Positions 51,103-60,526 of a DNA stretch of 64,000 nt are shown here, piece after piece. A program made the translations under genes and the position numbers. The DNA comes from a virus. The notes below the pieces were generated by a model, which did no database searches, had not been told where the DNA came from, and saw nothing but the letters and a program-made list of their open reading frames with translations. The stretch's first letter is position 1, and every line of letters begins with the position of its first letter. Where the stretch lies: the IMG/VR virus record IMGVR_UViG_3300023180_006024, one strand, 5' to 3'.

Positions 51103-51915
51103 ATGGGTAGATTATTCACTTTTGGTTGCAGTTTTACTAGCTACATGTGGCCAACTTGGGCAAACATTGTTGCATATGATCAAGAAGCAGAACACTACAA
51201 TTTAGCATTGCCTGGTTTAGGAAATGTTGGAATACATCATAGGATTATCGAGGCAGATATAAAATACAAGTTTCAGCCCGAAGACAAAATAATGATTTTA
51301 TGGACCAGTTTTAGTAGAGAAGACAGATTTATCGACGGACGTTGGCAAGCAGAAGGTAGTGTGTTTAATGCTGGTTGTAGATACGATAACCGTAGTTGGC
51401 TCAAAAATCACTGGAGTATGCAAAACGATCTTGTAAAAAATATGACTGCTATTATTACAGTTAATAAGTTGTACAAGGATAATATTATTTGGCAAGGGCA
51501 TAGTTTTACTCCATATAATAATGAAGCAGCACTAATATACGACGAATCAGAACACTATAACTTGCTTAAAGATTTTTATTCAAAAGAAATACCTCACATA
51601 GATTGGCATATGTTTGAAACTAATAAACCTTTTGGTACACTACAAGATAGTCATCCTGATATACTAGGTCATTTGCAAAAAGTTAGAGATTGGATTTATC
51701 CAAGTTTAGGACTAGAGTTAAGATCTAAAACTGAAGATCGTTTTACACTTATGCAACATTTTATTGTCGATTTTGTATTAGAAAATAAGATTAAGGAAGA
51801 CTTAGACAAAGTATATGATTTTATACATCGCAATCTTTATTTACGTGATGATTTTCAAGATATTAAAAAGTATTCAAGAAATATTTATGTTTTTGAAGAT
51901 ATGGAGTTTAGTTAA
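51103..51915 (+). CDS. SGNH/GDSL-like protein (GCS variant)
   Basis: FTFGCSFT..WPTWA, N.A.PG.GN, WTS..REDR, DSHP...H. Confidence 0.65.
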   Translation: MGRLFTFGCSFTSYMWPTWANIVAYDQEAEHYNLALPGLGNVGIHHRIIEADIKYKFQPEDKIMILWTSFSREDRFIDGRWQAEGSVFNAGCRYDNRSWLKNHWSMQNDLVKNMTAIITVNKLYKDNIIWQGHSFTPYNNEAALIYDESEHYNLLKDFYSKEIPHIDWHMFETNKPFGTLQDSHPDILGHLQKVRDWIYPSLGLELRSKTEDRFTLMQHFIVDFVLENKIKEDLDKVYDFIHRNLYLRDDFQDIKKYSRNIYVFEDMEFS

Positions 51916-52473
51916 ATCTGGATAGTCTTCTGTGCCCCAAATTTTTGGTAAGGTACTTATTGCGTCAGATAGTTTATCTAAACCTAGTTGTGCAGTTTCT
52001 GGAGTCATATAATAATGATATCCCATAGTTGAAATATCTTGTTCAGCCCATGGTGCATCTCTATGACGCCCGTCATAACCTAGTTTAATAAGAGCATCTC
52101 TATCCTCTTTATTGTCTAATAATATTACACCACCTCTGCCTAAACTCAAATGTTTTTTGTATTGAAAGCTGATACACATAAAGGTACCCGGTATATAACT
52201 ATACTGTCGCCACATAGTTGCAGCATCTATTATTTCATCAGTAATATAATAATATTCTTTCCATCTATCTTTTGCAAAGTTCCATTTTATATTAAGTTTA
52301 CTAAAGGTCATAGGAATGCTCAAGTAAGTATTTTTAGGACATTTTGCTTGATTTACTTGTTTATAACGTAAACATAGTTCAACAGCATGTGTACAACAAT
52401 CTGTGCTCACTGCATAAGGTGCACCAAAAAAATCAGCTATTCTGTTTTCAAATGTGTTAACTATGTCAAACAT
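51874..52473 (-). CDS. DegT/DnrJ/StrS-family PLP aminotransferase, short form
   Basis: FE..IA.F.GA.YAV...CT.A..L, DAA, SFQYKKHL..GRGG (PLP lysine region), GYHYYM; only 199 aa. Confidence 0.8.
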   Translation of the reverse strand: MFDIVNTFENRIADFFGAPYAVSTDCCTHAVELCLRYKQVNQAKCPKNTYLSIPMTFSKLNIKWNFAKDRWKEYYYITDEIIDAATMWRQYSYIPGTFMCISFQYKKHLSLGRGGVILLDNKEDRDALIKLGYDGRHRDAPWAEQDISTMGYHYYMTPETAQLGLDKLSDAISTLPKIWGTEDYPDLTKLHIFKNINIS

Positions 52474-52485
52474 AAGTATATTTAT
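52473..52485. promoter_or_regulatory. ultra-compact bidirectional late promoter
   Basis: CAT-AAGTATATTT-ATG: TAAGTA-N5-ATG on the plus strand and TAAATA-N5-ATG on the minus strand. Confidence 0.6.
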
Positions 52486-53548
52486 GTATGAACTAGAGAA
52501 CCATCATGACAATACTGGTAGATATGTGTTTTATGCTTGGGGGCCTGACGGTCCAGAACCTGTCGAAAAAGCATTACGTCATCCTCGAACCAAAGAAATA
52601 ACTATAGTAGGACCCGAAGAGTGGGAACCTGTGCTTTTAGGCGGCGATCGTGACACTGTAGATGAAACTTTAAAGTTTGCCGCAAGGAAAAATATTAAAT
52701 TAAATGCGTATTATGGTGCAGTTATGGATAAACAACTTAATACTAGATATCAGCATATAGATTTTAATATCAAGCATTGGCCTAATTATTTTGGACATAG
52801 AATAGCGTATAGAAGCAAGTTTGGCATTTATCCTCAGAAGCCTGAAGCAGATATTCTGAAGAAACATTTTGTATCAATGAATGGACGTCCCCATTGGTGG
52901 CGCTGTATGTTCATTGACAAACTTTTTGGAAAAGGTTTGTTTGATTACGGGTATATTAGTTGGCATGAGTTTGATTACGAAGATTATCATACATTATGGG
53001 ATTTTGAATACTGGGAGCCTAAAAACTTAGAGTTTGACAGCGATTTTAAACAAGACAACGGTATGTGCGATATATTCGTACCTCCAAAAGAGTTTAAGAA
53101 CAGTGTTTTTAGCATAATAAGTGAAAGTAATCTAAACTGTCTGTTTTTAACAGAAAAAACATATATGGCAATCTATCATACTCGTCCGTTTATTGTTTGG
53201 GGTGTTCCTTACACGCATAGATATTTAAAAAATATAGGTTTTAAGTTATTTGATAATGTTATTGACTATAAGTTTGATAAAATAGAAGATGACGAAAAAA
53301 GATGCGAAATGTTTATTCAACAAGTACATGACTTTTGTCTTATTGATAAACAAGAGTTACACAAACTTACAAAAGATGCAGCAGAATACAACTTTGAAGT
53401 TTTTTTAGATCATTTAAAAACAAAAAAGTTTGTTCCTGAAGGGTTTGAAAAGTTTTGTATTGAAAATATTGATAACCACAAACAGCTTTTAACATATTTA
53501 GAATGTGTAAATAGTTATGAGCCATTAATGGAGTTTTTAAAAAGTTAA
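52484..53548 (+). CDS. GT10/GT-B-like glycosyltransferase-related protein
   Basis: F.SMNGRP..WR; IISES...FLTEKTYMAI...PFIVWG...L..IGFKLF...DY.FD. Start set at ATG 52484, because the track start overlaps the opposite gene. Confidence 0.5.
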   Translation: MYELENHHDNTGRYVFYAWGPDGPEPVEKALRHPRTKEITIVGPEEWEPVLLGGDRDTVDETLKFAARKNIKLNAYYGAVMDKQLNTRYQHIDFNIKHWPNYFGHRIAYRSKFGIYPQKPEADILKKHFVSMNGRPHWWRCMFIDKLFGKGLFDYGYISWHEFDYEDYHTLWDFEYWEPKNLEFDSDFKQDNGMCDIFVPPKEFKNSVFSIISESNLNCLFLTEKTYMAIYHTRPFIVWGVPYTHRYLKNIGFKLFDNVIDYKFDKIEDDEKRCEMFIQQVHDFCLIDKQELHKLTKDAAEYNFEVFLDHLKTKKFVPEGFEKFCIENIDNHKQLLTYLECVNSYEPLMEFLKS

Positions 53549-53549
53549 C

Positions 53550-54461
53550 ATGAGAATATTACTAACAGGATCTAGCGGATTTATTGGGCAGCATTTGTTG
53601 CCAAGATTGAAAACAATCGGAGAAGTATTTGAACTAAAAAGTGATCTTACACATCATACAGGAGTACAGCAAGAGGTAAAAGAAATCAAACCCGATATTG
53701 TTGTACACTTGGCTGCTCGCACAGAAGTACAAAAAAGTTTTTATGAGCAGGTAAGTTTTAGTGAAGTAAACTACGTAGGAACAGTAAATCTTATCGAAGC
53801 ATGTAGAGCTGTTGATCCTATGCCATATTTTGTGTTTGCAAGCACAATGGAAGTTTATGGATGGCAACCTATTAGTGACGAGGTAGAACAAACTGGCACA
53901 TATGTAAATAGTGTTGCATTTGACGAAAACACTACCCCTCATCCTAATGCACCATATGCAGTTGCTAAGTATGGTTGTGAAAAGTATTTAGAATATGCAG
54001 AAAGAGCATATGGATTAAACTGGGCAAGTTTTAGACAAACTAATGCATATGGTCGTAAAGACAATGATTTCTTTGTAACAGAACAAATCATTAGTCAAAT
54101 GCTCAAAGGTGATACTTGTAATCTAGGTTATGCCGAACCATACAGAAACTTTATTTACATTGAAGATTTGCTTGATGCATGGATGGCAGTTATTACAAAC
54201 GGCGATAAAGTCAAAGGCAACATATTTACTATTGGTCCAGACGACCCACGGAAGATTAGACATTGTGCAGAATATATTGCAGAACAACTAGAATGGACTG
54301 GACAAATCAATTGGGATACAAAAGATCCTCGTCACGGAGAGATTTGGTGGCTAAACAGTAATCATAATAAAATCACCGAAGTTACGGGATGGGCACCTAA
54401 AATTACCTACGAAGAAGGAATAGATAGGACCATTCATCATTGGAAACAAATAATCAACTAA
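53550..54461 (+). CDS. NAD-dependent NDP-sugar epimerase/dehydratase (extended SDR)
   Basis: TGSSGFIG, HLAA, ASTMEVYG, YAVAK (YxxxK), NAYG, RNFIYIEDL. Confidence 0.92.
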   Translation: MRILLTGSSGFIGQHLLPRLKTIGEVFELKSDLTHHTGVQQEVKEIKPDIVVHLAARTEVQKSFYEQVSFSEVNYVGTVNLIEACRAVDPMPYFVFASTMEVYGWQPISDEVEQTGTYVNSVAFDENTTPHPNAPYAVAKYGCEKYLEYAERAYGLNWASFRQTNAYGRKDNDFFVTEQIISQMLKGDTCNLGYAEPYRNFIYIEDLLDAWMAVITNGDKVKGNIFTIGPDDPRKIRHCAEYIAEQLEWTGQINWDTKDPRHGEIWWLNSNHNKITEVTGWAPKITYEEGIDRTIHHWKQIIN

Positions 54462-55567
54462 ACTACTGTGATGTAAAACACACAAGATACATTGAGCCAT
54501 TTAACTTACACACAAAAAAATACAGTGAATGGTTAGCTAATCCTAGTGGAAAATATTTCTTTATAGTTCCTATTGCAAATATATTCAACTGTGAGGATAA
54601 AATACAAGAAGCAAAAAACAACAAAGATGTTTATGTTTTGTTTTCCGATGTATTAGAAGGATATGCACTTAGATATTTTCCAAAACTTTATGAATGCACA
54701 CAAAAATATGATTGTATTAATAAGATATATTTTGCTACAGGTTTATATCAAGCAGAAGCTGAATATAATCGTTGGTTGCGTGAAAAGAAACTTAAAAAAA
54801 CATTTGAAGTATTTTATTATCCTGAATGGTATCATAGAGTATACGACAACTATTATGATCAGCCATTAGACGATATTCATCTAATAAGAAAACATAACTT
54901 TTTTTGTTGTCTAAATAATCGTCCACGAGCTCATCGTATGCAAACTGTTGCCTACTTGAATCATTTAAACATGTTACAATACGGCAGAGTAAGTTGCTTA
55001 GACAATCACTACGAAAGAGATACAAATAAACTAACACCTGAACAACTTTTATTTCCTTATAGTCAAAACTATAGCGATAAACATAAACAAATATTAAAAG
55101 AACAAACAACTGAACTTTGGAAAAAGTTACCTTTAAACATCGATACAACAGACTTTTCTCAAGGTTGTCGCCCGCATGATTACAATAGAGAAATATATGA
55201 AGATTGTTTTTTAAATATAGTGACTGAAACACATTATCATGAAGTACATCAAAAACATTATCATATATTTTTAAGTGAAAAGATGTGGAAGCCCATTGTT
55301 TGTAAACAAGCGTTTATAGTGATAGGTCCAAAAAATACATTACAATATCTAAAAAAACTTGGCTTTAAAACATTTTCGTGTATAATAAACGAAAGCTATG
55401 ATTCTGAAGACGAAAATACAAGATTGTTTAGTGCAATTGATGCGTTGAAAGAAGCAATGATGAAATATGATAGAGCCACAATGATACATCTAACTAAAGA
55501 TATACGTAAACACAACTTAGAACATTTTTTAAGAATACAAAAACAAATGGTTAAAACATGTTGGTAG
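54440..55567 (+). CDS. GT10/GT-B-like glycosyltransferase-related protein
   Basis: FCCLNNRPRAHR; NIVTET...FLSEKMWKPI...FIVIG...L.YLK.LGFKTF...INESYD. Start codon uncertain. Confidence 0.5.
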   Translation: METNNQLNYCDVKHTRYIEPFNLHTKKYSEWLANPSGKYFFIVPIANIFNCEDKIQEAKNNKDVYVLFSDVLEGYALRYFPKLYECTQKYDCINKIYFATGLYQAEAEYNRWLREKKLKKTFEVFYYPEWYHRVYDNYYDQPLDDIHLIRKHNFFCCLNNRPRAHRMQTVAYLNHLNMLQYGRVSCLDNHYERDTNKLTPEQLLFPYSQNYSDKHKQILKEQTTELWKKLPLNIDTTDFSQGCRPHDYNREIYEDCFLNIVTETHYHEVHQKHYHIFLSEKMWKPIVCKQAFIVIGPKNTLQYLKKLGFKTFSCIINESYDSEDENTRLFSAIDALKEAMMKYDRATMIHLTKDIRKHNLEHFLRIQKQMVKTCW

Positions 55568-56163
55568 ATTTAGATGATGTTGCATTTTGGATGGATGCAA
55601 TACGCAACAGTGAAAACCACTTTGGTGTGCTTGAAAGTTTTTGGAAAGGACAACTCAAAAGCAAAGTATGGCTTGTAAACCAGTTATCTAAACATGTACC
55701 CGACAAACCTCTCAATATAGTAATACATGGCGGCTGGAATGGCGTGCTTGCAAGTTTGTTATTTAACAGCAATATGAAAATAAATGACATTCGCAGTGTA
55801 GACATTGATTCAAGTTGCGTAGAAACTGCAAATATGATTTGTAAAAGACAAGAAATGTCAGGCAAGTTTAATGCTATTACTGCTGATATGTGTGAATATG
55901 AATATGAGTTTGATCCTGATGTTGTTATTAATACAAGCACAGAACATATTAGTCAAGAACAGTATGATAAATGGTTATCTAAAGTGCCTTCGACTAGTTT
56001 AATAGTTCTACAAAGCAATAACTATTATGACTTGCCTGAACACATTAGATGCTTTGCCAATGTAGTAGATTTTTATGAACATAGTAAACTTAGATATATA
56101 AAACAGCATGACACTTTAGAACTGCCTTTATACAATCGATTCCTTTTGATTGGAGAAAAATGA
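55558..56163 (+). CDS. class I SAM-dependent methyltransferase-like protein
   Basis: IHGGWNG (motif I), RSVDID, ADM, DVVINTS.EH. Confidence 0.65.
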   Translation: MLVDLDDVAFWMDAIRNSENHFGVLESFWKGQLKSKVWLVNQLSKHVPDKPLNIVIHGGWNGVLASLLFNSNMKINDIRSVDIDSSCVETANMICKRQEMSGKFNAITADMCEYEYEFDPDVVINTSTEHISQEQYDKWLSKVPSTSLIVLQSNNYYDLPEHIRCFANVVDFYEHSKLRYIKQHDTLELPLYNRFLLIGEK

Positions 56164-57542
56164 ACAAAGACTTGATTGCAATGGTGCAAAACACTATTGC
56201 TGAAAAAACCACTCCAACATTTTGTGCATTGCCGTGGATACACATGGCAACAAGACCCAACGGAGACATGAGATTGTGTTGCAGTGCTAATGCTAGTGGT
56301 GCAGGATCGGATCACACAGTAGGATTAGTCAAACAAGAAAACGGTGATCCTATCAACTTCAACACTGTCACACCTATGCAAGCGTGGAACAGTGATTACA
56401 TGAAAAGTGTGCGCACAACCATGATGGAAGGTGCAGTGCCTGCAAGTTGTACCAAGTGCTTTGCCGAAGAGTCGCAGGGTGTTGTTAGCAAACGCCTATG
56501 GGAAACAGGAACATGGATGGAGCGTGGACTCAATGTAGAAGAACTGCTCAACGAAACAGACAAAGATGGTAGTTATAAAGAAGAACTGCAATACTTGGAT
56601 TTGCGATTAGGACACACATGTAATATCAAGTGTGTAATGTGTTCACCTCATGACAGCAGTAAGTGGGTAAAAGACTGGAAAGTGCTAGAACCACAACTGG
56701 AAGATCCTGAAGTAAAGCGACAAATGCAATGGGACAAAGCTGCTTTCAACAACAAGTGGCATGAAAATGAAATATTCTGGGAACAGTTGTACAAGCAAAT
56801 ACCCAACTTGAAGGAAGTGTACTTTGCAGGTGGCGAGCCATTAATGATTGCAGAGCACAAAAAGTTTATTGAAGAAATAGTACGCAGTGGGCATAATACA
56901 CATATTAGATTGCGATACAACACCAACGGTATTCTTGTAGACGAGGATCTTATCGAACTTTGGAAACACTTTGATCTAGTAAAAGTGGGTGTAAGTATTG
57001 ATGCTGCTGGCCCTAGAAACAACTACATTAGGTACCCAACAGATTGGGCAACTGTAGAACGCAACTTGCACATGTTGGATCGCACACCTGACAACATTCG
57101 TCCAAGCATTGCCACTGCTATACAAATATTCAATATCAAGCATTTGCCTGATTTTATACATTGGAAAAACACACAAAACTTCAGCAAAGTAAACACTGAA
57201 ATGATTAGGGGTGTTAGAGCAGGCGGCGGCTTAATAAACATGCATTTGCTGTATATTCCAACATTTATGAGTATACAAATATTGCCCAAAGAGGACAAAG
57301 CAGAAATAAGAGATTTGTTTGCCAAGTTCAAAAGTTACTTGTACGACTTTTACACAAAGGATCCTGTGTTTTGGGAACAGAATCCATATGGTTGGCGCCG
57401 TTGGGAAGCAATACTAAATCACATGGATGCACAGGACAACAGTCATTTGTTGCCAGGCTTCAAAGAGTATGTAAACAAACTAGATGCAATAAGAGGAGTA
57501 AATGCACGGGATGTATTTCCTGAACTTGCACATTTGTTATGA
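56160..57542 (+). CDS. radical SAM enzyme with N-terminal SPASM/twitch-like Cys domain
   Basis: CNIKCVMC, AGGEP, YNTNG; N-terminal FCALPW...GDMRLCC...CTKC; C-terminal D.IR....FPEL. Confidence 0.9.
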   Translation: MNKDLIAMVQNTIAEKTTPTFCALPWIHMATRPNGDMRLCCSANASGAGSDHTVGLVKQENGDPINFNTVTPMQAWNSDYMKSVRTTMMEGAVPASCTKCFAEESQGVVSKRLWETGTWMERGLNVEELLNETDKDGSYKEELQYLDLRLGHTCNIKCVMCSPHDSSKWVKDWKVLEPQLEDPEVKRQMQWDKAAFNNKWHENEIFWEQLYKQIPNLKEVYFAGGEPLMIAEHKKFIEEIVRSGHNTHIRLRYNTNGILVDEDLIELWKHFDLVKVGVSIDAAGPRNNYIRYPTDWATVERNLHMLDRTPDNIRPSIATAIQIFNIKHLPDFIHWKNTQNFSKVNTEMIRGVRAGGGLINMHLLYIPTFMSIQILPKEDKAEIRDLFAKFKSYLYDFYTKDPVFWEQNPYGWRRWEAILNHMDAQDNSHLLPGFKEYVNKLDAIRGVNARDVFPELAHLL

Positions 57543-58468
57543 TAAAGTCGATATCCAACAACAGCACTAGATTACGCATTGAAATAATGTTGGGCAATCT
57601 CTGCAATTTCAAATGCAGTTATTGTTTTCCTGACAGTAACAGCGGTACTATGCCTTGGCCAGATGAAGAACTTTTTTACAACAACTTAAGACATTTGTTA
57701 CACAGTTACAACAAACCTGTGATATTGTATTTCATCGGCGGCGAACCTACTATATGGAAAGGCTTACCGTCTGTGATGCACAAACTCAAAGCAGAGTTTG
57801 ATGTTGTTTATCAAATAAGCACCAATGGCAGCAAAAGTATCGGTTGGTGGAAACGGCATATAGATTGTTTTGACATAGTAAATGTAAGCATACATCACGA
57901 ATATACCAAAGTTGAGCATAGCAAAGCATTGTTAGATTTACTGTATCAACACAATATAGAGTGCAATGCAGATGTGTTGATGGATCCGTTGTGTTTTGAC
58001 AAATGTGTTGATATAGTACATCAGTTGACAAATAGTGAATATCCGTTTACAGTTATAGCAAAGCCTGTGATAGGTCCTACAGAATACACAGAAGCACAAA
58101 AAGAATACTTGAGCAATAGTGTTAAAAGGTATCCAGAACTTGATTGGTACAAAAACGCTGCACGAGTGCCGCAAACACGAATATTAGTCGAAACAGACAC
58201 AGACACTATAGAACTTGACAACGACAACTGGTTTCACATAAATGGATACAATAACTTTGTAGGATTTTATTGTAATCTTGGATTAGATGTTTTAAAAATA
58301 TTTAGAGACGGAGCGTTAACTGGAAACTGTCAACAGCATTTATACGATTGTAACTTTTATGATGCTGATTTTGTAAACAAGTTTACAGCAAGAACAGAGC
58401 CTGTGATATGTGAGCAATCATACTGTGGATGTAGTGGAGAAATGGGAGCAACAAAATGGACATTTTAA
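57539..58468 (+). CDS. radical SAM enzyme with C-terminal Cys cluster
   Basis: CNFKCSYC, GGEPT, STNGS; C-terminal GFYC...NC...CEQSYCGC. Confidence 0.9.
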   Translation: MIKSISNNSTRLRIEIMLGNLCNFKCSYCFPDSNSGTMPWPDEELFYNNLRHLLHSYNKPVILYFIGGEPTIWKGLPSVMHKLKAEFDVVYQISTNGSKSIGWWKRHIDCFDIVNVSIHHEYTKVEHSKALLDLLYQHNIECNADVLMDPLCFDKCVDIVHQLTNSEYPFTVIAKPVIGPTEYTEAQKEYLSNSVKRYPELDWYKNAARVPQTRILVETDTDTIELDNDNWFHINGYNNFVGFYCNLGLDVLKIFRDGALTGNCQQHLYDCNFYDADFVNKFTARTEPVICEQSYCGCSGEMGATKWTF

Positions 58469-59478
58469 AACCCGTCAATCCTAAAATGTTTGATGTACAA
58501 TGGGAAACAACTCTCAAGTGCAATCTAGATTGTTCTTACTGCGGAGACGGTCATGATAACAAAACTGATCATCCTGACTGGCAGGATTGTTTGTCCACTG
58601 CTGATTTTATAGTTGAATATACCAGTAGAATATTAGACACAAAGCCTGTAGATCAACAGTATGCAGGTATCAATATACAAGGTGGTGAAAGTTTTTTTCA
58701 GCCTGGTATACTCAATGTTTTTCAACACTTGCATTACAGAATAAAAGATACAGGTAAAAATATAAATATCAGCACTATCACAAACGGTGTTGTAGGAAAG
58801 AAACTGTGGCATAGAATGATGCAGTACATTGATTACTACACTGTTACCTTTCATGCCGAAACAGAACCAAAGCAGGTAAAGATTTTCAAACACAATGTAT
58901 TGGGATTAAAAGTTGCTAACAAACAGTTTCAAGTCAACATAATGATGCATCCAAAGCATTGGGAAAAATGTGTAGCTATGGTTGAGTGGTGCAAAAAATC
59001 AAATGTGCCTTACCACTTGAGAGAAATAGATCATCATTGGTTAGATTTTAGATTCAACTACAATGCTGAACAAGTAAAATACCTGCGTGGAGAATCTCCT
59101 ACCAAGTTAAACAAAAAATTGTTGGCTATAATCACTCGTGGATTTAACACCAGTGACAAAAGAGCTTGTTGCGGTGGAGCAAAACTTTGTGCAGATGGAT
59201 GCACTGTGGACAAAGTTGAAAATCGTTTTGAAGGGTGGCATTGTAGTGTAGACAAACATTTTTTATATGTGCAACAACACAGCAAAATGGTTTACACCAA
59301 CAAAGACTGTAGAATGAACTGGGACGGTGGTATAGGCCCTATTGGTACACTTAACAACACAAAAGAAATATTGGACAGGCTAGGCACCACTGACACAATA
59401 GTGTGTAAAAAGAAATCATGCTGGTGCGGTGTATGTGCACCCAAAGCAAGGACGAAAGCATTATATGATACCATTTAA
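58456..59478 (+). CDS. radical SAM enzyme with C-terminal Cys clusters
   Basis: CNLDCSYC, QGGE, ITNG; RACCGG...GWHC...CKKKSCWCGVCAPKA. Confidence 0.88.
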   Translation: MDILKPVNPKMFDVQWETTLKCNLDCSYCGDGHDNKTDHPDWQDCLSTADFIVEYTSRILDTKPVDQQYAGINIQGGESFFQPGILNVFQHLHYRIKDTGKNINISTITNGVVGKKLWHRMMQYIDYYTVTFHAETEPKQVKIFKHNVLGLKVANKQFQVNIMMHPKHWEKCVAMVEWCKKSNVPYHLREIDHHWLDFRFNYNAEQVKYLRGESPTKLNKKLLAIITRGFNTSDKRACCGGAKLCADGCTVDKVENRFEGWHCSVDKHFLYVQQHSKMVYTNKDCRMNWDGGIGPIGTLNNTKEILDRLGTTDTIVCKKKSCWCGVCAPKARTKALYDTI

Positions 59479-60526
59479 AGAAATAAAAACTGTACATATA
59501 GAACTTACAAATCGATGCCAGGCATCGTGTCCTATGTGCGATCGCAACTGGCATGGAGGATTGGAAAATAGTCGTATTAGCATAGCAGATTGGACGATAC
59601 ACGATTTTAAAAAAGTATTTCATAAAGAAATTATATCTTCAATAGAACATTTTTATATTTGTGGTAACTTTGGAGATCCAATGATATGTAAAGACATATT
59701 ACCAATATTGCAGTATATTAAAGAATACAATCTAAGTGTGGAAATACACACAAATGGAGGTATGCATACACCAGCTTGGTGGCAAAGTTTAGTTTCATGC
59801 TTACCAAAAAAACATAAAGTTATCTTTAGCATAGATGGTTTAAGCGATACACACAGTATGTATAGAATAGGAACAACATATGATAGAGTGTTATCCCATG
59901 CAAAACATTTTATGCTCAATGGGGGTAACGCTATATGGAGTTTCTTAGCATTTAAACATAACGAACATCAGATTACTGAAGCAAAAAAACTTAGTAAAGC
60001 ATATGGATTTTCAGATTTTTATTTGAAGCACAGTAGTAGGTTTGCTTTCGATGATAGTTTTGCAGTATTTGACAGTAAAATACGTTTTCAATATTTTTTA
60101 TATCCTAGCTCACAGGCAAATAATATTCAATTATCAGACAATGAGATAAACAACATTCAAGATTTTGTTGACAATACAAATATTTCTTGTTATTCAAAAC
60201 ATGCTAAAGAAGTTTATATTGATGCCCATAAAAACCTTTTTCCGTGTTGTTTCTTGGCAAGTATTCCTTATCAGCCTTATGAAAATCCTAAGTTAGATGA
60301 TATACGATTACATATTGAATCTCAGTATAAGGAGTTATTAGCAGATCTTGGTAATACAAATGTTTTAGAAAAAGATATTAAACAAATAGTAAACGGAAAA
60401 GAATATCAAAACGTTTGGCAAAAATACTGGACTATTAATAAACTGTATACTTGTGCTAGGACTTGTGGGGATAAACTTGTATCCCCAAGTGAACAAATTA
60501 GTAGTGCCAATAAGGTAACAAGTTAA
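59465..60526 (+). CDS. radical SAM enzyme with C-terminal SPASM/twitch-like domain
   Basis: CQASCPMC, GNFGDP, HTNG; ISC...FPCC...TCARTC. Start set at ATG 59465. Confidence 0.88.
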   Translation: MIPFKEIKTVHIELTNRCQASCPMCDRNWHGGLENSRISIADWTIHDFKKVFHKEIISSIEHFYICGNFGDPMICKDILPILQYIKEYNLSVEIHTNGGMHTPAWWQSLVSCLPKKHKVIFSIDGLSDTHSMYRIGTTYDRVLSHAKHFMLNGGNAIWSFLAFKHNEHQITEAKKLSKAYGFSDFYLKHSSRFAFDDSFAVFDSKIRFQYFLYPSSQANNIQLSDNEINNIQDFVDNTNISCYSKHAKEVYIDAHKNLFPCCFLASIPYQPYENPKLDDIRLHIESQYKELLADLGNTNVLEKDIKQIVNGKEYQNVWQKYWTINKLYTCARTCGDKLVSPSEQISSANKVTS

